The notes under the pieces: model-generated | Databases searched by the model: none | Seen by the model: the letters and a program-made list of their open reading frames with translations, nothing else | Told to the model about the DNA's origin: nothing | From: Oopsacas minuta | Taxonomy: Eukaryota; Animalia; Porifera | Assembly: GCA_024704765.1 (NCBI GenBank) | Contig: JAKMXF010000341.1 | Coordinates: forward strand, 1 to 64,000 | Direction of reading: 5' to 3' | Length of the DNA stretch: 64,000 bases | Position numbers and translations under genes: made by a program | Shown here: positions 13,641 through 26,635 of the stretch, piece after piece | Numbering within the stretch: the stretch's first letter is position 1 | How the letters are laid out: each line of letters starts with the position of its first letter

Positions 13641-14565
13641 TATACTCTAAGTGGACAAAAGTATTTCAAAACACAAATATATTGTCATAAATTGTATACT
13701 CTTTCCCGTTCCTATATATTGTGTAGTCTATATTCGTAGCTGCTATGTAGTAATTTGTATAGAATAACATATGTTTTTCAAGAATTTCAAAAGAATATTT
13801 TCGATTTACACTTTTTGAAGGTGTTAATTATTAATAATTATTAGATAATTATTGATAATCAAAATATGTGGTAATTCAAAGCCTATTAAGAATCTATAAT
13901 TTCTGACTTGATATTTGAATTCTACGTAGGCGAGTTACCCCAGATTGAAATTTCCAATCGGATTGAACAATTTTTACTAAAGTTATAGTAGAATTTCAAT
14001 TTGTCCTACTTGTGCCACTTTTTTCAAAAAGTGGCATAGGTGGCAGGAAAAAGCGCCACTACAAGGAAAGCAACTAGGGCTAGGAGGAATAAGTCGAAGT
14101 AATATTTTCGAATGATATGACTATGCTAACCCTTGAATTCCATAATAACCTCTTGGTAGCGGCCACTTGTGCCACCTTGGGCAAAAGGTGGCACAAATGG
14201 CACAAATTGAAATTCATCTATAACTCTGGTAAAAATTGTTCAATCCGATTGGAAATTTCAATCTGGGGTAACTCGCCTACGTAGAATTCAAATATCAAGT
14301 CAGAAATTATAGATTCTTAATAGGCTTTGAATTACCACATATTTTGATTATCAATAATTATCTAATAATTATTAATAATTAACACCTTCAAAAAGTGTAA
14401 ATCGAAAATATTCTTTTGAAATTCTTGAAAAACATATGTTATTCTATACAAATTACTACATAGCAGCTACGAATATAGACTACACAATATATAGGAACGG
14501 GAAAGAGTATACAATTTATGACAATATATTTGTGTTTTGAAATACTTTTGTCCACTTAGAGTATA
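13641..14565. mobile_element. Foldback-type (Tc1/mariner-like) non-autonomous element with ~360-bp inverted arms
   Basis: 13641-~14003 is the reverse complement of ~14201-14565. The outer part matched in every 10-mer I checked; the inner ~35 bp has a few mismatches. Ends read TATACTCTAAGTGGACAAAAG / CTTTTGTCCACTTAGAGTATA in a TA context. The ~200-bp spacer has no coding signal. Confidence 0.85.
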
Positions 14566-15928
14566 TAAATAACCCTTTTGAAGCATTAAGTCACGTTTGA
14601 ACGTCCCTAATTAGTTGCATTGTCAAATGAGACGTAAATTTCATTAATCAAATTGTCCTATAGGGTGGTGGTAAATTTCTATTCACAAGCCTTAGAGTCT
14701 TTTCTGGTTCCCAGCGCGTATTCAGGGAACTACGGTATTCCTGAAAAGGCCAGTTTATCTTAGAATTTTTGAAAATTACATATCATAAATTGATAGAAGC
14801 AAATTTGTCTTCTAATGTTTTCCAGATTTGAGAACATATAACCATCAGTCTATCACTTATAAGTTCAAAACCTTCTCACTTCGTATGAGGCCCAATTATG
14901 CGATGATGTCAACATTAATTCACTTTGACTCCTTGAGTGCTAATCATCTTATGTACTTTATTTGTTTGAGATGAAAATTCTTTTGTATACAACCAACAAC
15001 CACATTTTGTTAATTAAATATCATCGAAAAAACAGTTGTTGGAGGAAGTAACTATAAATATTAACTCAAAAATCTCTGGTTAAAGGACATTTGCATTTGA
15101 AATTTTAAATAGGGAATGGGAGTTATCAGGAGATTCGCCGGCCAGACTTCCCCCACTTATAGAGGTTCTACTGTATTACAACGAAAATTCTCAAAAGTTC
15201 TTGATAATATCAGATTGGGATATTTCATCATAACTAAATCTGGCTTCAATTTTCGCAAATGTCATTTTACGAATATTTATAGCTTTCATTATTGTTTTGT
15301 AAACCAATCTGGTACTTTTATTTATTATTGAAACTGCTTTTAGGAACTTAAAACCAAAGTTGATTATTTCCTTATTAAGTTATGCATGATAATGCTTCAA
15401 ATGAATTAATACAAAATTCCAGGTTATTCCCGATTTGTCCGAATTTTACTAAATATTTTCTGTACAAACCTAAATATATTTTCGATTTCCTGAAAATTTC
15501 AATACAATGATAATATGGAAGCTATTGGAAGTACTATTTATGTGCTTTTTCGACTAATTCTTTTAATACATAATTCATAATTCGAATAATTTATAATTCA
15601 TGTCCACTTTCAATGAATTAGTCAGTTAGATCAAAACTAATGTGTCCTGATTCCTCGAATTTCTCATTGCAATACATTTAATATGGTGTTAAGAATACAA
15701 GATTGCTGGAAATATCTCGTCAGCAATTCTCGTTCATAACTCACATTTTTACGAACTAGCCTAGCGAAAATATTCAATTTACTGGTGTTCTTAGAAGTTT
15801 GATAATTATACAATCAACACACCTAGCGCATTAACACTAGTAGTGTAGAACCACATATTTTGTTTCATTATTTCCACATCTGACTATTCAAGACAGAGAT
15901 TATGTGCTATTCATCTGCGATATACGTA

Positions 15929-16235
15929 CAGTAGAAATCCGGTCAAGACGTACTAAATTATTCTTCCCAAAACACCAAAATGCATTTAATAATACTCGGA
16001 TAAGAGGTACTCAATGATATTACAGCATTCATCCTTAAATATTATCAAATCTGATTCAAATCACAATATGAATATATCTTGTCTTTAAATCTGGATAATA
16101 CTAAACTTCTATTGACTATTTCGGGGTAATTATTCGTATACTATGTACGTAGAATCATAATGATATGACAACCTCGGTTAATACGTACTATTCTTTGTTT
16201 CCTACCAGCGAGTACGTCTTAACCGAGTTCTACTG
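15929..16235. mobile_element. Tc1/mariner (pogo/Tigger-like) MITE
   Basis: TA|CAGTAGAAATCCGGTCAAGACGTACT ... AGTACGTCTTAACCGAGTTCTACTG|TA. Same TIR family as 40516-40701. Confidence 0.8.
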
Positions 16236-16672
16236 TATAAACTTCCTGCATTTAATAGGAATACATAGTACATTAGTTATTAACGTCAGAACAGCCTAGA
16301 ATAGCCCTAGTTTATTGTAATTTGTTTGATAGTAATCACATGATTGGGTAGATTATTCATGCATATCCTTTTTCGACATTTCCCGCTCTCAATGCAAGTA
16401 TCGAATTGGCATTGTCTCTAAATTCTTTCGTAATGGAATTATTAACAATGAGTTGTATACGAAGCCTTGCAGAATAGCTTTATCTCTTCAATGCAAGTTC
16501 CCTTTTGTAAGAAATGTGGTCCTTATTCAATAAATGGTATCTTTAGTAAAAACTAATATGATATAGTTTCACGATGCAACTAGTTCTGTTTCATAATGTT
16601 AGCTACTATATAAGCTAGCGAATAGTTCAATAGATACAATAAGTATTCTACACTCAATTATATTATATTGCA

Positions 16673-19089
16673 ATGGAACAAATAGTTAAACAAAATACTG
16701 AGAATAACCAAAGGTCACAATTGGATAAATCCCATCGTCAAAACAAGAATTCTATATCTCATATTTTCTTTAATTCAATACAACCTTCTAATCCTTTAGA
16801 AGTACGTGTTACTCCAGCTCACAGCCCCATTCAGGTAATACATTTACTAATATTTTTAAGACTTTATTATTATATATAATTTGAATTATATGCATATTTA
16901 TAGGGTGGAGGAGACCTGTGTCTCGTGTTTTCACAACAAGATCATCCAGTCCCCCAAGGAGAGAAGTTCCTGCATTTTGACTCAATAATAGCTCCACATC
17001 TAGTAGCAATAAACCAGGACATGGGTTATGCTCTCTTCACACAAATACCTGCTCACCCAAGAAGTGAGACTCTCCAAATATACGTCATGCTAGCAGAGAC
17101 CCGCGCTAAGATAGCTTCAGCTGAATTCACATACACAGATTCCAGTTATAGTCCTTACACGATTGAGGTATTGAAGGGATTGACACAGAATCTAATCACT
17201 AACGAGCACTACAAGAGCATTACTGCAGATTTCTCTAGCAATCAGTTCCATAACACTCAACAACAGACACCTAACCAGTTCTACAATCATTCAGGTGAGT
17301 TAGTCAATTCAATATTACTCTATAGAACATTCTAGAATACTCGTTTATATTATTCTATTTATATCCAGGTTATAATCCAATATATAAGATGTTAGTATTA
17401 GCTGCAGGTCTCGGTCTAGAACCTCTGTTATACGTACTGCTACAGCCCCGCACTCATCATAACCTCCTGTTAATGCCATCGCCTGCTGGCCTCCTGCCTG
17501 AGGACTATGCTCATAGGTTCGGACATCACAGAATATCTGTCTGTCTCGCTCTAGTTAGGAAACAGTAAGTTAGATACATGATAATCTATGTGTTATTTCC
17601 GTTGAATTAATATCAATTCACATCGTATAATTAGTATAAATTATTTCTCTAATTGCAAATTAATTAATGAACAAAGTAAAGTTCATTGAATGTTAGTTAC
17701 GTAATCAGCCTCTTAGCTCTGTTTCATTATACATGTATGGCACAAGTTCAAATAACAACGAATATGTTTAGTATTAGAGTCATTTGCAGATCTTACAGGT
17801 GTTCTAAGATATTGAAACTGTTTAAGTGCACTTCTAGTTCTATGTCTTATTGGAAGTATAGCTCTAAATTAGCATATTTATAGACATCACTGAAACTAAC
17901 CATTACTGATTATGTATTATAATTTGCTATTCTTAGATATGAACATACAAGTGGTGTACAAAATGACGAAACAGAAGATGGTGAAGTGGAGACTACAAAG
18001 CGTGATAATAAATCTAGTTTCTATCCAAAGGGAGATCCTCTGGAGCTCATTAATAGAGGTGGAACAACCCCAAAAGGTAAATAACAATAATAAACTACTT
18101 AACACTTCGGTTTAATATTACCTTTCCAACCATTAATTTATACTTATTTTTTTCACAGAGACTACACAAGCTATAATGGCATATCTCACTAAGCTAATGA
18201 CTCCTACTCAGGTTCAGCTTCAGCCCATACCCTCTCCACCTGCAATCGTATCTACATCTTCTCCAGCAGACAAGAAGACTATAACCAAGGCATGCAGTGA
18301 GGATGTTTTGACTAAGAAATCTTCTGTAGGTAAACAGGAACCTGAAAATGAACCCAGTCCTAAACCTTATGACCGCGGACATTCAACACCAAAACGTAAG
18401 CCTTTGCCAGAATGATTAGCATTTGTAGATAGTCTAATATATTTTATCTCTATCAATTTCTATTTATAGTTGGGAGCTCAAGCAGCAAATCTTCATCTTC
18501 CAATGTGTTAGGAGATTCAGGGTACGAACCTAGCTTCGAGTCTTTCAGAGAATCCCGAGACGGTGACGTAATAACTGGTGAAATAAATCTAATCTCAGGA
18601 CTGAAGTACACTAGGAAATGTGACCTAGGAAGTATCAATTCGATAAACCATCATAAAGTTGATAGAATGCTAGAAAAGGATGCAATTGACCTACTCAATC
18701 AAGAGCTGAAGGGTCTCCGTATGGAAGGAAGACCCATGGTACTCACTGCAAGAGGAGAGTTCGAAGCCACTCTCAAACTAGAGCCCCTACAATCCACACA
18801 AGATTTGCAGAAAGTGTGAGTGTCCCTCATCTTGGGACTGAATCTCTTAACAATTATTATTCTGACTGAATCGTGTGTATGCAGTTTGTATATTTCAATA
18901 ATAATTAATCAAATAAATGAGATTTTTATCTAATTCGCTCATTTCAGCTTTGATTCTCGTGAAGTGAAGATTACCAAATCTGACGAATCAAGTTTCGCTA
19001 TCGTCGGTGGGGACCAAACTGGAATATTCATTCACTCTACTAAGAACACCACTCAGAATCAACGGGCTCCTGGGGGCCAAATACTAGCT
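16673..19089 (+). CDS. Multi-exon gene, 3' end unresolved: DBB/IPT-like domain + ankyrin-like repeats + Ser/Pro-rich linker + PDZ domain(s)
   Basis: Phase-compatible exons 16673-16834 (start uncertain), 16904-17294, 17369-17564, 17937-18076, 18159-18395, 18470-18815, 18948-19089. VRVTPAHSPIQGGGDLCLVF...LFTQIPAHPRSETLQIYV...IASAEFTYTD resembles the AKAP13/ARHGEF28/BCAP N-terminal domain. LAAGLGLEPLLYVLLQ...AGLLPEDYAHRFGHHRI is ankyrin-like. SINHHKVDRMLEKDAIDLLNQ and SREVKITKSDESSFAIVGGDQTGIFIH...GGQILA are PDZ-like. Confidence 0.7.
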
Positions 19090-21475
19090 GTGAGTGTAAC
19101 TCCCCCAGGCGACTACTGGTAATTAGATGGTAGTGTATGCGAGAATTGAAGGGGTTTAGTTAATTTAGCTAATACTCGCCAACCTGACTGTAGAAAATAT
19201 CCAGACAGAAAAACGCTAATTTATTGGAACATTGCGTGAAGTAGCATATTAGCACTTAATTAATTAAACTGGGAGGAAGCAGATTTGGAAAGTTTCGTTG
19301 GGATGTCGCGCTAAAGTGTGGACAGTTGGTAAGTATGCTAGCAATAAATTAGTGGGGTAAGTAATACTCGGATTATAAGGAGTTGGTTGAATGTATATGT
19401 TAATGTATTTTCCATTACCTTATACTGATACTATTCCACGTACGAAATATCAATTGGATTAGTCATTATTGGCATGGCAGATGATAAGCGATGCCAGTTT
19501 CAGTTGTGTTCATATTGGAGATGAGGTACAATGTTTTGTAGCCAAGTTTGCAGCAACAAAATCCCTGAATATTATCCGCCAGTATAATCTCGGTGTAACA
19601 ATATTAATTTACCATGGAGTAATAGGGTAATATTACATATCATTTGCAATCAAACCTGATTTATAGCACCGCCATATAACCGTTACTTACCACAGCTCAC
19701 AGTCAGATTTCTCAGTATAATACCCTGTGTTATATAATTTCCACTGTGTTGACTATTCTGAGATTCAATCAATTCTTAAATCTCAGATATTAGCTGAGAA
19801 ATAAATTCCAGATAAATTTGAGTTAGTTATACGAATTTGTTATTGTTTTATAATTATAGTGGATGCATATTTCGAGGTAACAATTATGCGATTCTATCCT
19901 AATCAATATTTGAATAATTCATAATTCTCTACAATGTTCAATGAATTATTCAGCTTAGAGTATAGTTGGAGAATATAATTTTGCTTTAGTATACAAGGGT
20001 GTGAACAGAATAATATTGCATTTAGTACTGTTGAATTAGATCAAATTGTTAGGTTAAAATTCGTGAGACCTTATGGAAAGTCAATATTGAATTGAATTAC
20101 ATTTGGTTGCAAAGGAAATGACATTACAATGCACATATTCCATATGACATCCTCAAACTACTTAATTTCTTGTCTGACCACCTTCTAGAGTAACAGGGAA
20201 TATGTTGGTGATCTCTTACTGGTAAACCATGGAAAATTCTAAAGTTGTATTTGATTAATCTGTTGTTTGTATAATATACAGTACATCCTCGCAAATCCGA
20301 ACAGCGCTGTTCCAATTGCAAAATAATTCGTTCGGATTAGCGATATGGATAGAAATAATACTATAGGATTTAGGGACATAATTTTTGAAAGTTGTACAAA
20401 CAATGAAAAGGTTGCCGACATATTTAATATAGTAATATGAATTTGTCTACAGTAGAATTGGATACAATTAGTTATTTTTGAATATTTCCAAAGGTTGTAT
20501 AACCTTATGGATCAGTTGAGATTAGCGAGAATTGGGATTAACCAGGTTTGGATTAGCGAAGGTCTACTGTACCGGCATATCAACATGTCGTTAATGCAAT
20601 GATAACGCTTATAAGAATAGCATTTGAGAGTAGCAAAAAATAATTTTTTTTGTCTTTTAGATATACATACATGAGTATATGAATACCGTGTCCAAACGAC
20701 GGTTCTTATAAGAGATATTCACTGCCTCAGGACAGGTTCTTATATGCGGCAGTAATTCAAGGGAGTAGAATACAAATGATTGGGTAAATAGAGCTAGAGT
20801 CCTTGTAACCGGTGCTTTAGTAAAGGCATTTACAGTTATAATCAATGTATTACCCATGTGTGTACAGCAATTACACGCTGTCTACGTAACACACGGCTTA
20901 TCAATAGCTTGACAAACTTGTTGACAAACAGTACTAAGAAATATAGAGTCAACAGCCGTTAACTCGAACCTCAGGGGAAGTTAAATGGTTCCCAATCTGG
21001 GGTCCATGGAACCCTTTGGTCGTCAACGGACAACAGCAGGGCTCACAGGATCCAAACATTTGTACTGCAGATTTGCAGTATGACAGTCCTTTCATTTCGT
21101 AGAAAACCAACGGTCTACCTAAAGCCTACCATGCAGGATGCAACATTGTTGCATTTGTTTATGGAATTTTGAGGGAATTATTTTGCATGCAAAATGTTGC
21201 AAGAAACTTGTTGCATTGAAAAAAGGAACTTTTCTATTTTCTTGCAATAATGTTACGTGAAAAGTAAATTTTTCATACAACATTTGTATTGTACATATAA
21301 CTAGATTTTACACTCTAACACTCTATATTTTGCAATGATAGCAATCATTTGAATGCACTCAAATTCTCCCATAGACCGGACCTAATCCGGACCAAAAAAT
21401 AGTTTCATCCGCCGTTCTGGAACGGACAGGAACATTCTATCAGTGCAGTATATGTACATTATATATGATATTTAA

Positions 21476-23136
21476 GGAGTCTTGCCGCGAACTTTGTATT
21501 ACGGTATGGGCTATTTTCTAAAGTATAAGCTATTCTACTTCCTTAATGTATTCCAGTTCGTTGGACTTGCCAAACTAAGAGATAATAATCATAAACCCCG
21601 ATGTATCTAGTGTGTATTACGAATTGGGCATGAAAAGGTGGCAAAAGTCCTCCCATAGGCGTAACATTAAAGTTCGGGACATATTTTCTAATGTTTTTTG
21701 AAGAAGGACTATTGCCTAAGACCTATAAATTGTTATATATGCTTACCATATGTAGTTCTAATTTCTGGACCACAATTAGGCCCGAGTACCGCTCCAATAA
21801 GAAGATATTAACGGTTGAAGGGAGGTTTGGTAAAAATAGGCTAAAAACCGGAGTCCGCATGACTTAGGGTGGGATATCATGAAAATTATTCGTTCATTCA
21901 TTCCAAATGTGGTCCAGATTTTAGATAACATTGTATAAATGCTTCCCCAAAATTTTCAGAGCACAAGAATTAGTCTTCAAAAAACAATAGACTATATGGC
22001 GAAAAACATAGTTTTGAGATAATTGAAGTTAACGATTCATGAAATATATTTTTTGAATATATACATATTATAGTGGTGTTTCGTCCCGCTAGGACTCATC
22101 AGTTAAGCTATGCCTTGTCTTAAGACAACACCTTCTTTTAACTGTTAACAAACAATAAAAAATAAGTCAAAAGGTGTGATAATTTCAACTCAAGACTGGG
22201 GTACAGCATGGAGATTATCAAGTGATCACTCAAGCCCACTGTCCAGTTCTGTACATCTCTGATAGAAAGGTCAAAAGGAGCAAATAAATATTGTATAAGA
22301 CTAAGTATAGTAAGTGTAAAAGATATTATTAGAGCTAAAAATACATTCACTATTGTATCTAAGTAAAGCTATAACATGGTGTTTATACCACCCAAGTAGT
22401 AGAAATTACGTAAATACGAGTATGCACATACTCTGTTATGCATATTCTCTAAGAAAGTATCATATAAAATGCATTGTATATAGCAATAGCACAACGAGTA
22501 ATGTCACAAATTGAAGAACTCACAAATTTTATTTCTATCGCTCAGCACCCCCAGAATCGGGAGGCCTTAATCAAGATTCTCGGAGACGTGAAAAGGGAGA
22601 AACATGAACGTGAGCAGGTCGCTCGCGTCTTTGCAAAATGGAAACGTTTTGCAAGGGGGCGACGATCGCGACGTTCCATGCGGCCCATTCCACGTGCTAA
22701 GAGGGTCAAGGCCGATGATCTACGTATACAGTGGGCATTGTTTTGGTGGAATTATTCCGCCCAATGTCCATCTGATGCGTATGCATTGCGATTTTTCCGT
22801 GAGGAAAGTGACCGACGCAGGTTCTGGGAGGCTTCGTAGCGAGCTGGCTTTTTTTAAAGCCCGCAGGAAATGATGAATCTGATCCTGCGTCATTTTTACA
22901 CAAAAGAGTAAACGCATGAATTAATAATAACTTGGGATCAAATATATAATTTTTGAAAAAATGGCTATTTTTAGAAGAAGATGACGTCACAAATTGTTAT
23001 ATAACTCACACTAGAATACTCGGATTGAAAAATTTCAATGTAGGAATGATAACAATACATGTGAGTATGTTTCCAAATAATAAACTCAATAAAACTAATT
23101 TGCCTAAAAAATGACCAAATTTCGCGGCAAGACACC
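21476..23136. mobile_element. Non-autonomous Kolobok-type DNA transposon, 1661 bp
   Basis: TTAA on both flanks (21472-21475, 23137-23140). 21-bp TIRs GGAGTCTTGCCGCGAACTTTG and GGTGTCTTGCCGCGAAATTTG (2 mismatches). TTAA TSD with purine-purine termini is the Kolobok signature; piggyBac ends begin CC. No transposase inside. Confidence 0.8.
22474..22839 (+). CDS. Orphan basic ORF (112-121 aa) carried inside the Kolobok-type element
   Basis: Uninterrupted ORF, visibly more GC-rich than its flanks. TATAAAA at ~22462, second ATG at 22501. Arg/Lys/Trp-rich; no family recognised. Confidence 0.35.
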   Translation: MYIAIAQRVMSQIEELTNFISIAQHPQNREALIKILGDVKREKHEREQVARVFAKWKRFARGRRSRRSMRPIPRAKRVKADDLRIQWALFWWNYSAQCPSDAYALRFFREESDRRRFWEAS

Positions 23137-23215
23137 TTAATACATAGCATTGCTAGATTGCATCAAATTAATGTGTAAGCGATTTGCATATAATTAATGT
23201 CGACAATGTAACGTG

Positions 23216-23890
23216 TATATGTTGCAGTGTAAATGCGAGTTTGGTGTGATTGCAATCACACCAACTACCTAGTGTACTTGCAATCACACTGGTGTACTTG
23301 CAATCACATCAACCTATTGGTGTAATTGCGAGCTTTAAATAGAATCAATATAAGTATATTGCGTATTCATTGTTTTCGTAGCTCATTTAATGGAATGAAA
23401 GTCACTGTAGATGAAATCATTGACATGGCTAGTTTGATGTTTATCAAACACAGTTTACGCACGTATAGATGATTATTTCCCCATTTCTAATGTTGATACA
23501 TAGATGACTTTTGATATATCCAAGTATAAATACTCAATTCTCCGAATAATTTTTAGGGAAATAATTATATTTTGAAGATTTGAAGATGTTTAGCCCAGGG
23601 ACTCAATCTAGAGAAGAATCATTCTTAACTTCAATCGAATCACTTTAGAATCTTGTAGTTCCATTATGCATAGTAATATGCGTAGGGTGATTGTTAGTAT
23701 ATTGTTAGTACCTTAGCCTAATTATTCCAAATTAGGATTACTCATATTCCATATACAGAGATCAGTAATTAAAATTTACCCAATATTGATTCTATTCGAA
23801 GCTCGCACTTACACCAATAGGTTGGTGTGATTACGAGTACACCAGTGTGATTGCAAGTACACCAAACTCGCATTTAGAATGCAACATATA
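23216..23890. mobile_element. Foldback/MITE with ~130-bp TIRs built from short tandem modules
   Basis: Left arm TATATGTTGCAGTGTAAATGCGAGTTTGGTGT...GCGAGCTTTAAATAGAATC mirrors the right arm GATTCTATTCGAAGCTCGC...ACACCAAACTCGCATTTAGAATGCAACATATA. The TGCAATCACA module occurs three times on the left. No clear TSD. Confidence 0.7.
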
Positions 23891-24703
23891 TATTCATTTA
23901 ATAATTTGTTGTCTTCATTTTGTGATAAACTGGTAATACTCTGTTTCTTTGAGTCACTTTGGCCAGATTGTGTTTTGAGAGAATTATGCTGTTTGCTAGA
24001 TTAGCGGTATGACAGTGCCACGTGTCCCCTCGGACATTTGACCCTAATGCCAAGAGTCTGGGAGACATCTCATCCTAGGGGTCGCCAGTCGGTGGGAAAC
24101 ATGACACTATGACAGCAGAACTGTTTATCTAATTTATTTAATAATCAGGTGGTGGTGATGTATCATATAACTAGCCATAGGTCGTAATATAATAATCACA
24201 AATTATTAGTTATTGCTTGCTACATTATCATTTTCGAATTCAGGACTTTCTTACCGGTTTTACTGAGACACAGTTCCTATATAGTTCGATAGTATAATTA
24301 TCAACAAAAATTGTTGATAATTATTACAAAATTTACAGTTTAGTATTTTGCAAGTTGAAAAATTTAAATGATGAAATATTAGCGTGATGGACTGATGGAC
24401 TGATGGACTGATGGATCGAACCAATGACTTCACTTTCCGAATCGGCACATAATATTTGTTTGCAAAATTGTATATTCTTGATGAGAAAAATAGATACAGT
24501 TATAATATATATGCAAAATAGCAATGACAATAGAATATATAGAATTTAAGAAATGATAAGTTCATTAATTATATTTCGAACCTTTGTATCCATTAATGGC
24601 AATGTCTCTCAATTTGATTTGAGTGAAAGGATCCATGTTGGGCAGTAGCCTGTTCAAGTAACTATTCTCGTTTTTAAGCATTAGGAGTGGAATTTCAAAT
24701 TCA

Positions 24704-24871
<168 letters not shown>

Positions 24872-25441
24872 TCAATAGAAGCTTGTTGTAACGAGGAAGA
24901 CCTTGTCAGACAAGTGGAATCTCCAGAATATCCTGTATCCGTTTCAGAGCAATCAAAGATTCTCTTGCTGTCAAACCTCCAGTCCCAAAGTATAGAATTG
25001 CTTCACTGTTGAAAATGAGAAAAATAAATGTTAACTGAGATGTGGCCAATGGGTAATTATTAGTAATTACTACAATACTTACAGAGTTAGTAAGGAATAA
25101 TGCAATGAATAATTGAATTTGTTACTGTGTATGTAGAGTGAGATAGTTATACTTTGACAGAAACAAGCTAGCCTGTCATATTTCCTTTCTTCTCATCTCT
25201 TTGATCTGTTTGATAAAATAATTCTCCCAAAATTTAACCACACACATTCTTCTGATTATCTGATCCATCAATTCTATCCATTTGTCTCCTGTTATGGATT
25301 GATGATATCTGAAGTGACCAAAGAAATACCTAACAACCAACTCAGGAGGTATATTTACAGTTATTTAGACAAGACCAATAAAAGCTACAGGGTAAATGTA
25401 GATTTGTGTGAGTACAATCGATACTAGAAGTAAGATGGGAC

Positions 25442-26396
25442 CAGGCACGTAGCTACAGGGGGGGCAGTCGCCCCCCCCAGATAAATTTGGAAGTTTTCGT
25501 TTTATATAAATTGTAGTTAACTTATTAGCAATATTGCTCTATTAGCAACCAGCTTTCAGGTCCCTAACGGGATATAATGTTAATTTCGTTGCCTTATTAG
25601 CAACCAAATTTTTGCAAAATCCGAGTTGCTAATGAGCGATCTCCACTGTAGTTAATAGCCTATGTACTTCAACTGCATCGTCAAAACTATGAAATTAATA
25701 ACTCGCGTTGCGATGATGGTTTTAATACTAGACAGGAAGTAACGCTCATTGATAGTAAACTCGTTCTATTTTGATATGCACTGAATTTCTATGTTAAATT
25801 TAATTGAATTACCACAGACCGCTAGTAATTGTTGTCAGAAGTTAGACTGTCCATTGAAGTGATTGAAGCATTGGTGATGCTCTTAGTGTTTCAGTTTTTA
25901 AAGCTTGTTTTATACCAAATTCTTGTGACTATCCCTCAGACGTCTTGCAAAGTTGAGCGAATGTTCTCATCTGTTAAGAGGATAAAAACTCGTTTGCGCT
26001 CACAAATGACCACTGTGCGTCACAACCATATTGCCCTGTTGTCTATTGAATAGATATTGTAGAAACACTTTGCTATAATGATGTGATTGAACATTTTAAG
26101 TAGATGAAGCATCGCAGCTTTCTTTTGTAATGTCAAATAGTATCCCTGAATTGAGTTTAGTATCTTAATAAATGCTCTTACTATATGGCATTCTATATAA
26201 TGTAGACTAGTCTAGTGCTCCATAGCTTAGTAATCTGGTACTTGATGAATTAAAAAGGTTGTACATTTAAGAAAAGGAGACTGGGTTGTACTTGTTATAC
26301 ACAAGTAATTAACATTTCAAAAATATTTATCCCTGCAATTGCCCTCCCGAAATACTTCTTGCCCCCCCTGAATTTCTTGCTCTAGCTACGTGCCTG
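25442..26396 (+). mobile_element. hAT element (ZMYM1-like transposase remnant), 955 bp
   Basis: Perfect 8-bp TSD GATGGGAC (25434-25441, 26397-26404). 14-bp TIR CAGGCACGTAGCTA. ORF 25829-26053 carries the hAT C-terminal dimerisation motif (VTIPQTSCKVERMFSSVKRIKTRLRSQM). A MITE fragment is nested at ~25500-25650. Confidence 0.92.
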
Positions 26397-26635
26397 GATG
26401 GGACAAGTCCAAAAGTAATTAAAATGTTCTACAAATCCAATTATAAACTTCATTTGATATCAAATTGATAATATGACCAATAGAAATTATATTCAGAGTG
26501 GATTATTGTAGGTCATAGCTTTCTTGAACAAAGCAGTATTGTACACATACAATTCTCAGCTGCATTCCTATTGAAAGTGCAAGTTGTGATCCAAGCTATA
26601 GGTAGGATTAATAGGGGTAAAACTTATATTAGAAG

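Noticed and set aside
19420-19900. Possible SH3-like continuation of the PDZ gene (SLLAWQM at ~19463; small AG/GT blocks near 19694 and 19861)
   Set aside because: I could not build a phase-consistent chain or a convincing SH3 motif order, so a full MAGUK call is unsupported.
23235-23320. Short repeated units that superficially resemble a CRISPR array (also 26640-26810 and 40520-40690)
   Set aside because: The repeats are adjacent or irregular with no unique 25-45-bp spacers, no cas genes are present, the context is eukaryotic, and all are explained as TE subterminal repeats.
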